64,000 bases of DNA from a virus. Shown here piece by piece: positions 46,381 through 55,643 of this stretch. The stretch lies in the IMG/VR virus record IMGVR_UViG_3300045988_175974; one strand, 5' to 3'. Position 1 is the first letter of the stretch. Each line of letters starts with the position of its first letter. The notes beneath the pieces are model-generated. The model made no database searches. It saw only the letters and a list, made by a program, of their open reading frames with translations, and was not told the DNA's origin. A program made the translations under genes and the position numbers.

Positions 46381-47574
46381 CTAGGCGAGCTTAGGCATCT
46401 TTTCGATGTTAAAGCCGTAGTCTCTTATCAATTTCATGCAGGTATCTTCTGTAAGGTTCTGCCAATCGATGCTATCTTCGTCTAGGAATAGCGGTTTCGG
46501 GAGAGAATCCTTTATCTTCATAAACAAATCCTGTACTCGCTCTACTGTGCCGCAAGAACGATAGTATGCCTTGTAATCGAAATAGCCGAATACCAGACTT
46601 TCAAAAACCTTATAATTACGAGCAGGGTTAACGATACGCACCCATCTGAGCATAGGGAAATGAGTTTTTTCTACTGCCAATAGAGCATGATAACGCTCCA
46701 GCGCGATGGCTTTTGCCTTTTCACGACTGATGGCCGAAACAAAGAACGAGAAATATATACAATCTTTTTCCTCCTTCGTGAACTTTACTGCATCAAAATA
46801 CGTGAATCCAAGATTACGGGCAGAAACTCCCTTTACTTCCGAAGATGCCCCTATGGAAATATCAACCTCATACCAGTCTTTGCGCATAAGCATCTGCTCA
46901 TCGTCAAAGCTGTATAGCTCAATGCTTCTATCCCCATCCTTATCAGCAAATATCTCGGCTTTTTTCTTATCTGAAAATACGCCATCGATATGATAATCGC
47001 TATAGCAGCCCGATGTTACTACATAGGCGGTTTTAGGTTCACCAACGGGTGCTGTAAATAGGGCATAGATGGATGTTGCAGGAACCCAGTTTAGATTAAC
47101 GATATACTCGACTTTGTATAGTTCAGGATGTTTCACTGCAAAATCCCTACATAGTTTAGGAGTTCCTTCGTATGCCGGATCACCATTCGGATCGAAACTG
47201 AAATGATCAATTACCTTTGGTCCGATTTCATCCATAACAAACAAGTCCGGTCTTTCTCTATTACCCTTCACGTCCTCTAGATACTTTCCTTCTGCCCATT
47301 CTATCGCCTGGTAGAACTCATCATCGAGATACATATAGCCTAAATAAAATTCTCGAAATGCCTCTTTGCCTTCTTCAGACAAGGCTTGCGCCTTGACATC
47401 ATAGAAGCGGTCTTCGTCCAGATAGTAAAACATATCTGGCAAATCTTTCACGATGAAGAGAGAAGCATCATCGCAGCAAACGATAAACGGTTTGCTGAAG
47501 TCAATATCAAAATCCTCATCGGTAATAGGATGCCAAAGGGATTTCACCTTTTCTTGTTTTGTATATAAACTCAT
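46381..47574 (-). CDS. Hypothetical protein (397 aa)
   Basis: Track ORF on the coding strand. Confidence 0.55.
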   Translation of the reverse strand: MSLYTKQEKVKSLWHPITDEDFDIDFSKPFIVCCDDASLFIVKDLPDMFYYLDEDRFYDVKAQALSEEGKEAFREFYLGYMYLDDEFYQAIEWAEGKYLEDVKGNRERPDLFVMDEIGPKVIDHFSFDPNGDPAYEGTPKLCRDFAVKHPELYKVEYIVNLNWVPATSIYALFTAPVGEPKTAYVVTSGCYSDYHIDGVFSDKKKAEIFADKDGDRSIELYSFDDEQMLMRKDWYEVDISIGASSEVKGVSARNLGFTYFDAVKFTKEEKDCIYFSFFVSAISREKAKAIALERYHALLAVEKTHFPMLRWVRIVNPARNYKVFESLVFGYFDYKAYYRSCGTVERVQDLFMKIKDSLPKPLFLDEDSIDWQNLTEDTCMKLIRDYGFNIEKMPKLA

Positions 47575-47596
47575 ATTTTTTATTGTTTTAAAATAA

Positions 47597-48244
47597 TCAG
47601 TTGGCGATTAAATGAATAAGTTTTTCTGAATCCGTCATGATATTTATCGGACGGAAATGCTTATTCAAGTATTCCTCCGGAACATCATTCAGATAACCCT
47701 GCCATGCAGATTGTATATAGTTATCAGGGGCAAGCCAATCTATACTGACCTGACAATACTCATCGAGAATAGTGCCCACGAGGTCGCCTATCTTTAATGA
47801 TGACGGATGCAAACGACATTCTTCCTTTTTATTTTTTACAGGCGGTATCTGCACTATCTTTTCGCCGATAAGATAAGGAGTAACGATACTCACATGTTTG
47901 CTACCATCGGCATTGAAGCCATTATGCTTAATGGTGAAAGCATTTGCTTTTCCTATTAAGTCGAGGGGCATTGTCTGAATCGCTTCTGCAAGACTTGGCT
48001 TAAAAAGCATCGGATGGTCATAGGTATGTTCTGCTTCAAAAGAAGGAAATACCTGTCTTACTTCTTTCTTGCGACAATAATCTTCAGACGGATCATTCCA
48101 TACACACGACTGGTGAAAGATATTCACTTTCGGATATTCAAAAAGCGCATACTCTTTTGTCTTCAAATCAAAACGGAAGCAGATAACGCTGATGCCTTCA
48201 GCTATCTTTTTTATCTGTTCCTTTGTAAATTCAATCTTTTCCAT
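47597..48244 (-). CDS. Hypothetical protein (215 aa)
   Basis: Track ORF on the coding strand. Confidence 0.55.
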   Translation of the reverse strand: MEKIEFTKEQIKKIAEGISVICFRFDLKTKEYALFEYPKVNIFHQSCVWNDPSEDYCRKKEVRQVFPSFEAEHTYDHPMLFKPSLAEAIQTMPLDLIGKANAFTIKHNGFNADGSKHVSIVTPYLIGEKIVQIPPVKNKKEECRLHPSSLKIGDLVGTILDEYCQVSIDWLAPDNYIQSAWQGYLNDVPEEYLNKHFRPINIMTDSEKLIHLIAN

Positions 48245-48277
48245 AATCTATTTTTTATCTGATGCCTTGCTTTGATT

Positions 48278-48607
48278 CTAGAACTTTTCTTTTATCTCTA
48301 TATCTCCATTTGCTGCGAGCCTTACGGTACATGGACCGGACGCATACCAAAAAGATGAGTAGTCAAAGGTGAGAATTTTATCTTTCCTTGATTTCATAAA
48401 AACCTTATCTGATAATAACTCATCTTTCGATACAGGTATCTCGTATCGGCTGAAACGAAGATGGTCTTTTATCTGATCATCCCATCGCGGTGCCGTAAGC
48501 CAGGTATAATAAAGCTCGTTGAGATAACGGGCTGGGGAGAAGTAAATCAATGCCTCTCCCTTCGCCTTCTGGAATGCCGGGCTGGATAATAATTCTTGTT
48601 TTGTCAT
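48278..48607 (-). CDS. Hypothetical protein (109 aa)
   Basis: Track ORF on the coding strand. Confidence 0.5.
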   Translation of the reverse strand: MTKQELLSSPAFQKAKGEALIYFSPARYLNELYYTWLTAPRWDDQIKDHLRFSRYEIPVSKDELLSDKVFMKSRKDKILTFDYSSFWYASGPCTVRLAANGDIEIKEKF

Positions 48608-48615
48608 TCCATTTA

Positions 48616-49335
48616 CTACTTATGAATACGAATAAGACTAGGGATGCAGCAATCGTAAGTTTTATACACTGGCTCCACGTAGCTGACTTCGGGATTTGTA
48701 TCACGCATAGTGTTTATTTCATCCAGGGAATAAGACCACAAACTGTAGGATTGAGTGAAACCTATGTAAAGAATAGAACCTTCATTGTCATAGCCAGCAA
48801 GACGGCCGAGAAAATTTCCCTTCGCCTTACCAGCCGTAATCAGAACTTGACGACCGTGATAGAGATGATAAATCTCTTTAACCGTCAATCCGGAAATATC
48901 CTCGAACTCGGAATCACCAAGCGCAGGCGTATTCTTCTGCTCTGCCATATCCACTTTAGGCTCTACTCTACCTTTTGCAGGATCTACACCCATAGCAAAA
49001 AAAATTTTAGAGGCTATTTTTTCTTCTTCACGTTTACATCGATGCCTTAACTTTAAAGCCATAAGCTTTGTCTTTCTCCAGCTATCAGCCCAGGAGAGAA
49101 ACCAAAAACCTACGGAGAAACCAGCCAATACCACGATGGTTGCCTCTAGGCAGCAATCGTATATCTCCTGCGATAAAACGCAAGGATGAGTATAGATATT
49201 CTTCAACTTGCCGAGACCATAGATAAGGACAACGGCTAAAACGGGTACCAAAAATGCCAACAGGTTAACACCGATAACCTGAGCGTAATACTTCAATTTA
49301 CTTTTCATAATTTTATTCTTTACTTTTTGTTGCAT
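48616..49335 (-). CDS. Membrane protein (239 aa)
   Basis: Two N-terminal hydrophobic segments (NLLAFLVPVLAVVLIYGL and ATIVVLAGFSVGFWFLSW). Confidence 0.5.
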   Translation of the reverse strand: MQQKVKNKIMKSKLKYYAQVIGVNLLAFLVPVLAVVLIYGLGKLKNIYTHPCVLSQEIYDCCLEATIVVLAGFSVGFWFLSWADSWRKTKLMALKLRHRCKREEEKIASKIFFAMGVDPAKGRVEPKVDMAEQKNTPALGDSEFEDISGLTVKEIYHLYHGRQVLITAGKAKGNFLGRLAGYDNEGSILYIGFTQSYSLWSYSLDEINTMRDTNPEVSYVEPVYKTYDCCIPSLIRIHK

Positions 49336-50290
49336 AAATTTCTCTTATCTCATCGAGTTTTGCGATACACATATCTCTGTACGTATCCTCGAAGTTTTCA
49401 GCTTGTTTATACATGCTATCCTTCACCATAAAACGGCAAGGGAGGTCGCGTGCCAGAAACTTAACCGCAGTCATGAAACCGAAAAACTCGTTAGGATCAT
49501 ATCTATCTTTCTTGATAGGCGACTGAGCACCGATACGTATCTCATCCGTAATCTGATATGTTTTCTTAATTACTTCCGATGCGGTATGAATGCTCGTTAT
49601 CGGCTCCAAAGACACAAAGGTCTTAACCAGGTATTTATCGCGCAACTCACGTAAAGCTTCGATGCGCTCCTCAGTAGAAGGAGCACCAGGCTCCAACTTA
49701 TCTTTACCAGTGATAGTAAAACCGATGGTGAGGTGGCGGGCTATATCCTTATAATCTGTTGTAAGGTCTCGAAGTGTACACTTCCACAAATCAGTCTGCG
49801 ACCAATTTACGTTTTTTGTTAATATCGTGACCGGAATACGGTCGAATAGTAAATATAAAACCGTCTGCTGCAGGATAAGCATATCTGCCTCTATATCGAA
49901 TGGGTCGCAGGTGAAAGAGAAAAAGATACCGCCATCTTGACGTATTCTATCTATTCCTATCTTCTCTAGATCCTTCGAGATAAGATCACGGGCAGCAACA
50001 AGACTTTCATGGTTTACAACACCTTTCTTAATAGCATCATGTGCAGTCATATTGTTTTTCTTCAGATATTCATTGAGCAACTTATCTCGCTGCTTGATGA
50101 TAGGTGCTGCCAGTTCCGGCTTATCACCGAAGACATGGCTCAACACCCCTCTGCGGTTATAACAATACGTACAGCCATTAGAGCAACCATGGTATAGATT
50201 GATTGCCCACTTGGCATATTCACCAGCCGCACCCTGCGGCTGATAAATCAATGCTCCCTTTACAGGAGTTTCTTTCGTTTCTGTTTCCAT
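49313..50290 (-). CDS. Radical SAM protein (SplB/COG1533-like)
   Basis: NLYHGCSNGCTYCYN contains the CxxxCxxC cluster motif in the context typical of the photoproduct-lyase-like group. Confidence 0.65.
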   Translation of the reverse strand: METETKETPVKGALIYQPQGAAGEYAKWAINLYHGCSNGCTYCYNRRGVLSHVFGDKPELAAPIIKQRDKLLNEYLKKNNMTAHDAIKKGVVNHESLVAARDLISKDLEKIGIDRIRQDGGIFFSFTCDPFDIEADMLILQQTVLYLLFDRIPVTILTKNVNWSQTDLWKCTLRDLTTDYKDIARHLTIGFTITGKDKLEPGAPSTEERIEALRELRDKYLVKTFVSLEPITSIHTASEVIKKTYQITDEIRIGAQSPIKKDRYDPNEFFGFMTAVKFLARDLPCRFMVKDSMYKQAENFEDTYRDMCIAKLDEIREIYATKSKE

Positions 50291-50293
50291 ACG

Positions 50294-51088
50294 CTATTCT
50301 TTTTTATCTTCTGGCTTTTCAATCAAAAATCCGATACCAGCGTGGATATTACCAAGCTTATACCACTTCTGGCTGAGAGTCATCACATAGCTGCTGAAGG
50401 CATTCTCTTCGATATCCAACTCGAAGGCTTCGTCAGTATCAGGCTCACCGTGTCTGATATAACCTTTACCTGGGGTATAAATGAGACGATAGTAAACGCC
50501 ATCTTTACAGAGATAAAGACCGCTGTTCTCGCAATCAGAACTCCACCATTTCGGGTTTCTTACATAGCAAAGCATTACATCGCCATCGTAGATAGGAATA
50601 TATGATTTCTTGCCATTATTCTCGCCTACGTAATCTTTGGCATCAACATTATCTACCTGGCGGGCGGTAGCCGTTAGCGTATAGCCGTTCTTTATCATTT
50701 CGGCTATATCAAGATATGCAACCTGCCATTGCAAATTAAACTCCTGCTGAAAACGCTCATCACCTCTTTTAAAGAATGCAAGGATATTTGGCTTTCTATC
50801 CTCGCCAATGGCTGCGGTATCTTTGATGAGAGAGTTTAAGACTTGAATCTTGCTAGCTTCCACCGCCATGTTTATCATGGAATAAAGATACCCGTCCTTC
50901 TTATCTTTGATACTCCAATACTGACCCGAAGATATCTTACGTAGATCACCGTACATATCCATCGCTTCACGCTCCTGAATATTATGCAGATGACAGACAA
51001 ACTTGTATTGGTCGGGATAAACGCATTCCACCATATTACTAAACTTTAGCATATTCTTGATGATGCTTACATAATCTTCTGTTTCCAT
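50294..51088 (-). CDS. Hypothetical protein (264 aa)
   Basis: Track ORF joined to both neighbours by TAGCGTATG junctions. Confidence 0.55.
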   Translation of the reverse strand: METEDYVSIIKNMLKFSNMVECVYPDQYKFVCHLHNIQEREAMDMYGDLRKISSGQYWSIKDKKDGYLYSMINMAVEASKIQVLNSLIKDTAAIGEDRKPNILAFFKRGDERFQQEFNLQWQVAYLDIAEMIKNGYTLTATARQVDNVDAKDYVGENNGKKSYIPIYDGDVMLCYVRNPKWWSSDCENSGLYLCKDGVYYRLIYTPGKGYIRHGEPDTDEAFELDIEENAFSSYVMTLSQKWYKLGNIHAGIGFLIEKPEDKKE

Positions 51089-51091
51089 ACG

Positions 51092-51556
51092 CTATTTTTG
51101 TTTATTTTCTAAATCTTCACTCTGTTCAAAATTCTTATTCCAGCAGATGATGGTATTATTTTCAGGTATTCTACATACGAAACCTGGGCAGCACCAGCAT
51201 TCAATGGAATCTGTTCTGATAAGGCAATCGTTATATTCAGCCTTTTCTCCGTGAGGGCACGGGGCATTCGTAGGGTACTCCGTAGCTACGACTTTCACCT
51301 TATCATAAATAGAACGAAGTCTGGTATTTAAAGTGCTAATTCTCTTATACAACTCTCTATTCTCTTTTTCCAAATCGTTGTTGCGTTTGTATATCCTATA
51401 AGCGGCATTTCCCTCCCATCGTTCGTACTGCTTACGGAAGCGATGGTTGGTGTACTTACGGAAGAACTTAGACTTACTACCCGATTCTATGATAAGGTCA
51501 AAGATAAAGCCTGCAATCTTCTCCTTCACCTGTTTCATATTTATCTTCATATACAA
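51092..51556 (-). CDS. Hypothetical Cys-rich protein (154 aa)
   Basis: Track ORF with a C-terminal CPHG...C...CWCCPGFVC...C. Confidence 0.5.
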   Translation of the reverse strand: MYMKINMKQVKEKIAGFIFDLIIESGSKSKFFRKYTNHRFRKQYERWEGNAAYRIYKRNNDLEKENRELYKRISTLNTRLRSIYDKVKVVATEYPTNAPCPHGEKAEYNDCLIRTDSIECWCCPGFVCRIPENNTIICWNKNFEQSEDLENKQK

Positions 51557-51562
51557 TCGTTT

Positions 51563-52132
51563 TTAATATCTATCAACTAATCTTTTGTGCATCATATAAT
51601 AATGAAATGGGCGAGGGTCGTTTGGCTTGTCTTGGTGATAGCCCATGCCGGCAAGCCACTTATCTGCCCACGTCTCGGGTTTTGGCTTAATATCCCAATT
51701 TACAAACAGAATATGCACGCCATAACCTCTCGCTCTAGCCTCTAATGTTTTTATCATTAGAGAGCCAATGCCCTTCTGCCGATATTCCTCGCTAACGATG
51801 AAGCTATTGATGTAGCCACACACCGGATCTTTTCTTATCGGGTTATAGGCAGGATCAAACTCCATTAAGGCGAAAGCGGTACCAGTTAGATTTGTAAGGG
51901 TAAGAACATTTTCTTTCCAAGAACCATCGTGAGCATTCCAACATTTAATCTCTTTAAGATATGATATAAAAACGAACTCCGGTTCTCTGGCTTCATTATC
52001 TGATAAAATTGCAGTTTTAACTTCTGCCTCATGAATGAGATTATCTGCAATTCCATCAAGATAATTTTTCTCAGTCGCTAACAAAAATGCCTTCAATCTC
52101 GCCGCCAAGGCTGCACGCTCTTCTTTTTCCAT
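51563..52132 (-). CDS. GNAT-family N-acetyltransferase (189 aa)
   Basis: FIVSEEYRQKGIGSLMIKTLEARARGYGV is GNAT motif A. Confidence 0.75.
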   Translation of the reverse strand: MEKEERAALAARLKAFLLATEKNYLDGIADNLIHEAEVKTAILSDNEAREPEFVFISYLKEIKCWNAHDGSWKENVLTLTNLTGTAFALMEFDPAYNPIRKDPVCGYINSFIVSEEYRQKGIGSLMIKTLEARARGYGVHILFVNWDIKPKPETWADKWLAGMGYHQDKPNDPRPFHYYMMHKRLVDRY

Positions 52133-52143
52133 ACGCTATTTCT

Positions 52144-52761
52144 TTAATTTAACAATATAGGTAATCTTCTCCACACCCCGCCATTAGGCTGGAACTTGTT
52201 CTGCCAATCACGATACTCTACGTCGAAACGAACCCCAAGGTCTATGAATTGTTGGAGATTCAATGTAGAAAGAAGCTCGTCATTTTTCTCCTTGCGGTCC
52301 ATCAAGATAAGCCTACAGCTTTTCATTGATGCGAAGATATGAAAGAAGCAATCGAGTGCATTCTTCCCTAACATACCTTGTATAGCCCAACGTTCGCGGT
52401 TGGTTCCTTTAGGCGAAATATTCACGCCATCAATATCGGTATAAACCTTGTTTTTGTTCCATTGCTCTACGTTGTGGTACATAGAATATCCCGAAGTATA
52501 AACATAAAGGTTTTCTATGTTTTTATATTGACCTCGCAGATTTTGCACGAAATCAGCAAAGTAGGGAATCTTGAAAGGTTCACCACCTGTCAGCAACACC
52601 GTTTTAGCGTTGTTAAGTTCCTCTACCGTTACAACCGGAACAGAATCTAAAAAGTATTGGTCATTACAGCATAACATGCAATGATTATCACAATTTGTAT
52701 TTAACATCAGATGGATAACGGAATGATCCGCATTTTCTTCGTCTTCATATACTCTTATCAT
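52144..52761 (-). CDS. Small radical SAM protein (QueE/NrdG-activase-like, 205 aa)
   Basis: LNTNCDNHCMLCCN (CxxxCxxC) and LLTGGEP. Confidence 0.65.
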   Translation of the reverse strand: MIRVYEDEENADHSVIHLMLNTNCDNHCMLCCNDQYFLDSVPVVTVEELNNAKTVLLTGGEPFKIPYFADFVQNLRGQYKNIENLYVYTSGYSMYHNVEQWNKNKVYTDIDGVNISPKGTNRERWAIQGMLGKNALDCFFHIFASMKSCRLILMDRKEKNDELLSTLNLQQFIDLGVRFDVEYRDWQNKFQPNGGVWRRLPILLN

Positions 52762-52764
52762 ACG

Positions 52765-52899
52765 CTACTTCTTTTTTTTCTTATTACGTTTATTTAGTAA
52801 ATACTGCCCGTAGTCTTTTGGGGTAGGAATCATCATAAATGATTTATCCGCCATTGTAAATTCCGGGTGATAATAATAATCTCTAAGACTTTCTTTCAT
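52765..52899 (-). CDS. Small basic ORF (44 aa)
   Basis: Hand-translated (MKESLRDYYYHPEFTMADKSF...NKRNKKKKK*). Flanked by TAGCGTATG junctions on both sides. Confidence 0.4.
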   Translation of the reverse strand: MKESLRDYYYHPEFTMADKSFMMIPTPKDYGQYLLNKRNKKKKK

Positions 52900-52902
52900 A
52901 CG

Positions 52903-53166
52903 CTATTTTCCCTTTTCTTCCTGTTGAACATCTTCTTTTTTATCCTCCACATATTTCTTGCCGCAGAAAGGGCAATACTGGGGGAGGATATTTATCTGGT
53001 TCCACTTTTCACAGAAGGAACCATCCTTCTTCTGCTTATGGAATAGACCATAGATGTTTACCATCGCAATGCCCGATGGGACACCGATACTTGTATCAAG
53101 GCAACCGCTCTCGTTAGTCTTTGCCTTAACCAATTTCTCTACTCTGCTAATACAATCACATGCCAT
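52903..53166 (-). CDS. Zinc-ribbon-like small protein (87 aa)
   Basis: MACDC at the N-terminus and CPFCGKKY near the C-terminus. Confidence 0.5.
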   Translation of the reverse strand: MACDCISRVEKLVKAKTNESGCLDTSIGVPSGIAMVNIYGLFHKQKKDGSFCEKWNQINILPQYCPFCGKKYVEDKKEDVQQEEKGK

Positions 53167-53206
53167 AATCTTTAATGTTTTTATTTGTTTTTAAACTCTT
53201 TGCTCT

Positions 53207-53662
53207 TTATCCAAACAGAACCCCCGGAAGCAGAGGTGCAATGTCGATCTTTCTCATTTCATCATCTATAAACATATAGCCCAAACTGCGAAGGTTGTCT
53301 AGGACATCCTTTACTTGATCTTGACTAGGAATATAGAAATTATAATCATCATATCGCATTAAACCTATATCTTTATATATAGCATTGGCGCAACGTGAAG
53401 ACGCAACGCTTTGGTAATTCTTTGCGTGAGGGTCTGAAATATGAACCGTCATTCCTGCTCGCTCAATATAAATACCAAAATGCAATACAATACCACCATC
53501 AGAAGGAAGAACCTGCTTTACGCAAACATACGCTCTCAGAAATCTTGTCTCAGCTCTCGGCGTTTCAATAAGGTATATTCTACCTTCTGCCAGCTTATCC
53601 GCATCTACACGCTCGGTGTAGGTATCATGAGGATATGACTTAATATAATCTTCTTCTTTCAT
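53207..53662 (-). CDS. Hypothetical protein (151 aa)
   Basis: Track ORF on the coding strand. Confidence 0.5.
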   Translation of the reverse strand: MKEEDYIKSYPHDTYTERVDADKLAEGRIYLIETPRAETRFLRAYVCVKQVLPSDGGIVLHFGIYIERAGMTVHISDPHAKNYQSVASSRCANAIYKDIGLMRYDDYNFYIPSQDQVKDVLDNLRSLGYMFIDDEMRKIDIAPLLPGVLFG

Positions 53663-53669
53663 ACGCTAT

Positions 53670-53813
53670 CTAAAATTTATGTTTATTGCAAACTTTGAAA
53701 CACGAGGTTTCGCATTTTCGTTCTGCGCACCAGCCACTAGCTTGATAGTCTTTATCAACATCGTACCAATGGCAGTTGCCACAGAATCTATATACATATA
53801 CTTCGTCGGGCAT
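53670..53813 (-). CDS. Cys-rich mini-protein (47 aa), paralog A
   Basis: Hand-translated: MPDEVYVYRFCGNCHWYDVDKDYQASGWCAERKCETSCFKVCNKHKF*. Confidence 0.5.
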   Translation of the reverse strand: MPDEVYVYRFCGNCHWYDVDKDYQASGWCAERKCETSCFKVCNKHKF

Positions 53814-53816
53814 ACA

Positions 53817-53957
53817 CTATTTATTTAAATGATTACCGCAAATGCTGCTGCATAATGTTTCGCACTGCTCATCAATGCACCAGCCTTGGCCGTAGGCATC
53901 CTCATTGTCGAACCAGAAACAGTTGCCACAACATTTCTTTTCCTTCTTTTCTGCCAT
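53817..53957 (-). CDS. Cys-rich mini-protein (46 aa), paralog B
   Basis: Hand-translated: MAEKKEKKCCGNCFWFDNEDAYGQGWCIDEQCETLCSSICGNHLNK*. Confidence 0.5.
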   Translation of the reverse strand: MAEKKEKKCCGNCFWFDNEDAYGQGWCIDEQCETLCSSICGNHLNK

Positions 53958-53985
53958 ATTACTTGTATATTTTTTACAAGATGAC

Positions 53986-54117
53986 TTATCTTTTTAATTT
54001 TAATACACCTAGTTTGGGGCGAGTATCAACATATTCGATTGCGGCACTCACAGCATCGTATATCTCTTTATCACCTATTACAAAATCATCAGCAGTAATT
54101 GTTCTTTGTTTTTTCAT
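53986..54117 (-). CDS. Small ORF (43 aa)
   Basis: Hand-translated (MKKQRTITADDFVIGDKEIYDAVSAAIEYVDTRPKLGVLKLKR*). Preceded by TAGTGTATG. Confidence 0.35.
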   Translation of the reverse strand: MKKQRTITADDFVIGDKEIYDAVSAAIEYVDTRPKLGVLKLKR

Positions 54118-54187
54118 ACACTACTTCTTTTTACTCTTGCGTTTTGTATAGATCTTTTTTATTTCTTCGTACTTTTCTTCTGTCATA

Positions 54188-54646
54188 TTATATATTCTTT
54201 GGACCAGCGATGGAATCGTTGGGAACGGGGGAAAGAAAGGTATCGGGGCTGAGGATGCCGAGCTGTCCGATGTTGTACGTATTGCGCTTAAAAATGACCG
54301 GAGCCCTAAAAGGCAGACGCTTTTTACACATTTCTACCCGGAATGGCGATATGCTGGACACTGGCAATACCGAAGACGCAAGCTTCGTTGCATTGTAATG
54401 CTTACTTCCCCAAACCTCATTATCAAGAATTACCTCCATCCTGAGATTTCTTTCTGCATCTCTCCTTCCGAAATTATCCGGAACATCATACAGCCAGGAA
54501 TCTGCCGTACACACACTGCCGGAATAGTCTATCTTTACCGTCAGTGTTTCCGGTGGCATTAAGGATGCTCCGTCTTTACTTACCTTCACCTTTATTGCAT
54601 CTGGTAGCAAATCACTTTTCTTGAGCTTAATATCTTCTTGTTTCAT
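54188..54646 (-). CDS. Hypothetical protein (152 aa)
   Basis: Track ORF. Its last 14 codons read through hairpin copy 7 (SPVPNDSIAGPKNI*). Confidence 0.5.
   Translation of the reverse strand: MKQEDIKLKKSDLLPDAIKVKVSKDGASLMPPETLTVKIDYSGSVCTADSWLYDVPDNFGRRDAERNLRMEVILDNEVWGSKHYNATKLASSVLPVSSISPFRVEMCKKRLPFRAPVIFKRNTYNIGQLGILSPDTFLSPVPNDSIAGPKNI
54201..54231 (-). repeat. Hairpin element copy 7 (at the end of a CDS)
   Basis: ggaCCAGCGATggaATCGTTGGgaacggggg (one C>T change in the 3' arm). Confidence 0.9.
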
Positions 54647-54648
54647 AA

Positions 54649-55062
54649 CTATTCCTCCACTTTTATACCAAATGGAGTGCCGTCTGCAAAGGTGTAACCC
54701 TCCATAGCTTCTTTGAAAGATATTACAAAAGCATCATCAACAAATGATGGAACTTCAATACTTTCATCGTCACAGATTGCAATAGAACGATAGGTATCTT
54801 CATCCACTAGCCACCCAAACGGCAAATGGTTTTGCATCTCAGCCCAGCACTCTTTTTTGTTCTTAAAAGGACGATACTTTGCTCCCGGCTTAATGCGGTA
54901 GCATTCGGGGCACGTTATGAGCGTAGAAGCATTTACTCCTTCCCCGCCAAAATCTATATCCATCCAATCGTCTCCAGACTCGACTTGAATAGTCTTGCCT
55001 TCAGCTATTGCCTGAAACAAAGGATTTAACTTCTGGATTGTTTCTTTATTTATTTTCATCAT
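54649..55062 (-). CDS. Hypothetical protein (137 aa)
   Basis: Track ORF on the coding strand. Confidence 0.5.
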   Translation of the reverse strand: MMKINKETIQKLNPLFQAIAEGKTIQVESGDDWMDIDFGGEGVNASTLITCPECYRIKPGAKYRPFKNKKECWAEMQNHLPFGWLVDEDTYRSIAICDDESIEVPSFVDDAFVISFKEAMEGYTFADGTPFGIKVEE

Positions 55063-55637
55063 ATTCTCTTCTTTTTATTCTCTCCCTGTTGACCAGCGAT
55101 TGAATCACTGGTCAGCAGGGGGTTATATTCATAATTGCCAAACTCTTGCGCTATTTCTAGCCTTTCAAACAACTGCTCTTCTTCAGATTTCTCAGAAAAG
55201 GAATGAGAGAAGAGATTTCTCATTGCCGCATAGAAGAAGTTATGACGGTTGCGATACAGCGTTGTGTAGCCATCAGCCAATCGAAATGGAAGGTGAGGGG
55301 GAGTTACGGGAAACAGCGACTTACCGAATACCGGCAGTACGCAGACTACCAACATCTGAGCATTATAACGTTCCTCCTGCTTATCTACTATAGTGAAAGA
55401 ACACCGGAAACTTCTTTTTGGTTCTTCTGCCAGGGTTGTCGTATCACTGGTGAGATCAACCGGAATGAAATGAGACTTGTCACCTACCAAAATACTTCCG
55501 TCATTAATCAAATTCTGACCAAACGTTTTTTCGATGTCTTCCTTTTTAATGAAAAAGCACTTATCAGATAAACCAGCCAGACGGTCTAAACCGTCCTCAC
55601 CTAGCGTTTCTTTTAACATATTCATTTTATTATCCAT
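55059..55637 (-). CDS. Hypothetical protein (192 aa)
   Basis: Track ORF. Its C-terminus reads through variant hairpin copy 8 (LLTSDSIAGQQGENKKKRI*). Confidence 0.5.
   Translation of the reverse strand: MDNKMNMLKETLGEDGLDRLAGLSDKCFFIKKEDIEKTFGQNLINDGSILVGDKSHFIPVDLTSDTTTLAEEPKRSFRCSFTIVDKQEERYNAQMLVVCVLPVFGKSLFPVTPPHLPFRLADGYTTLYRNRHNFFYAAMRNLFSHSFSEKSEEEQLFERLEIAQEFGNYEYNPLLTSDSIAGQQGENKKKRI
55089..55121 (-). repeat. Hairpin element copy 8, variant (at the end of a CDS)
   Basis: tTGACCAGCGATtgaATCACTGGTCAgcaggggg. The stem is extended, there is one mismatch, and GCAGGGGG replaces GAACGGGGG. Confidence 0.8.
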
Positions 55638-55643
55638 ACGCTG

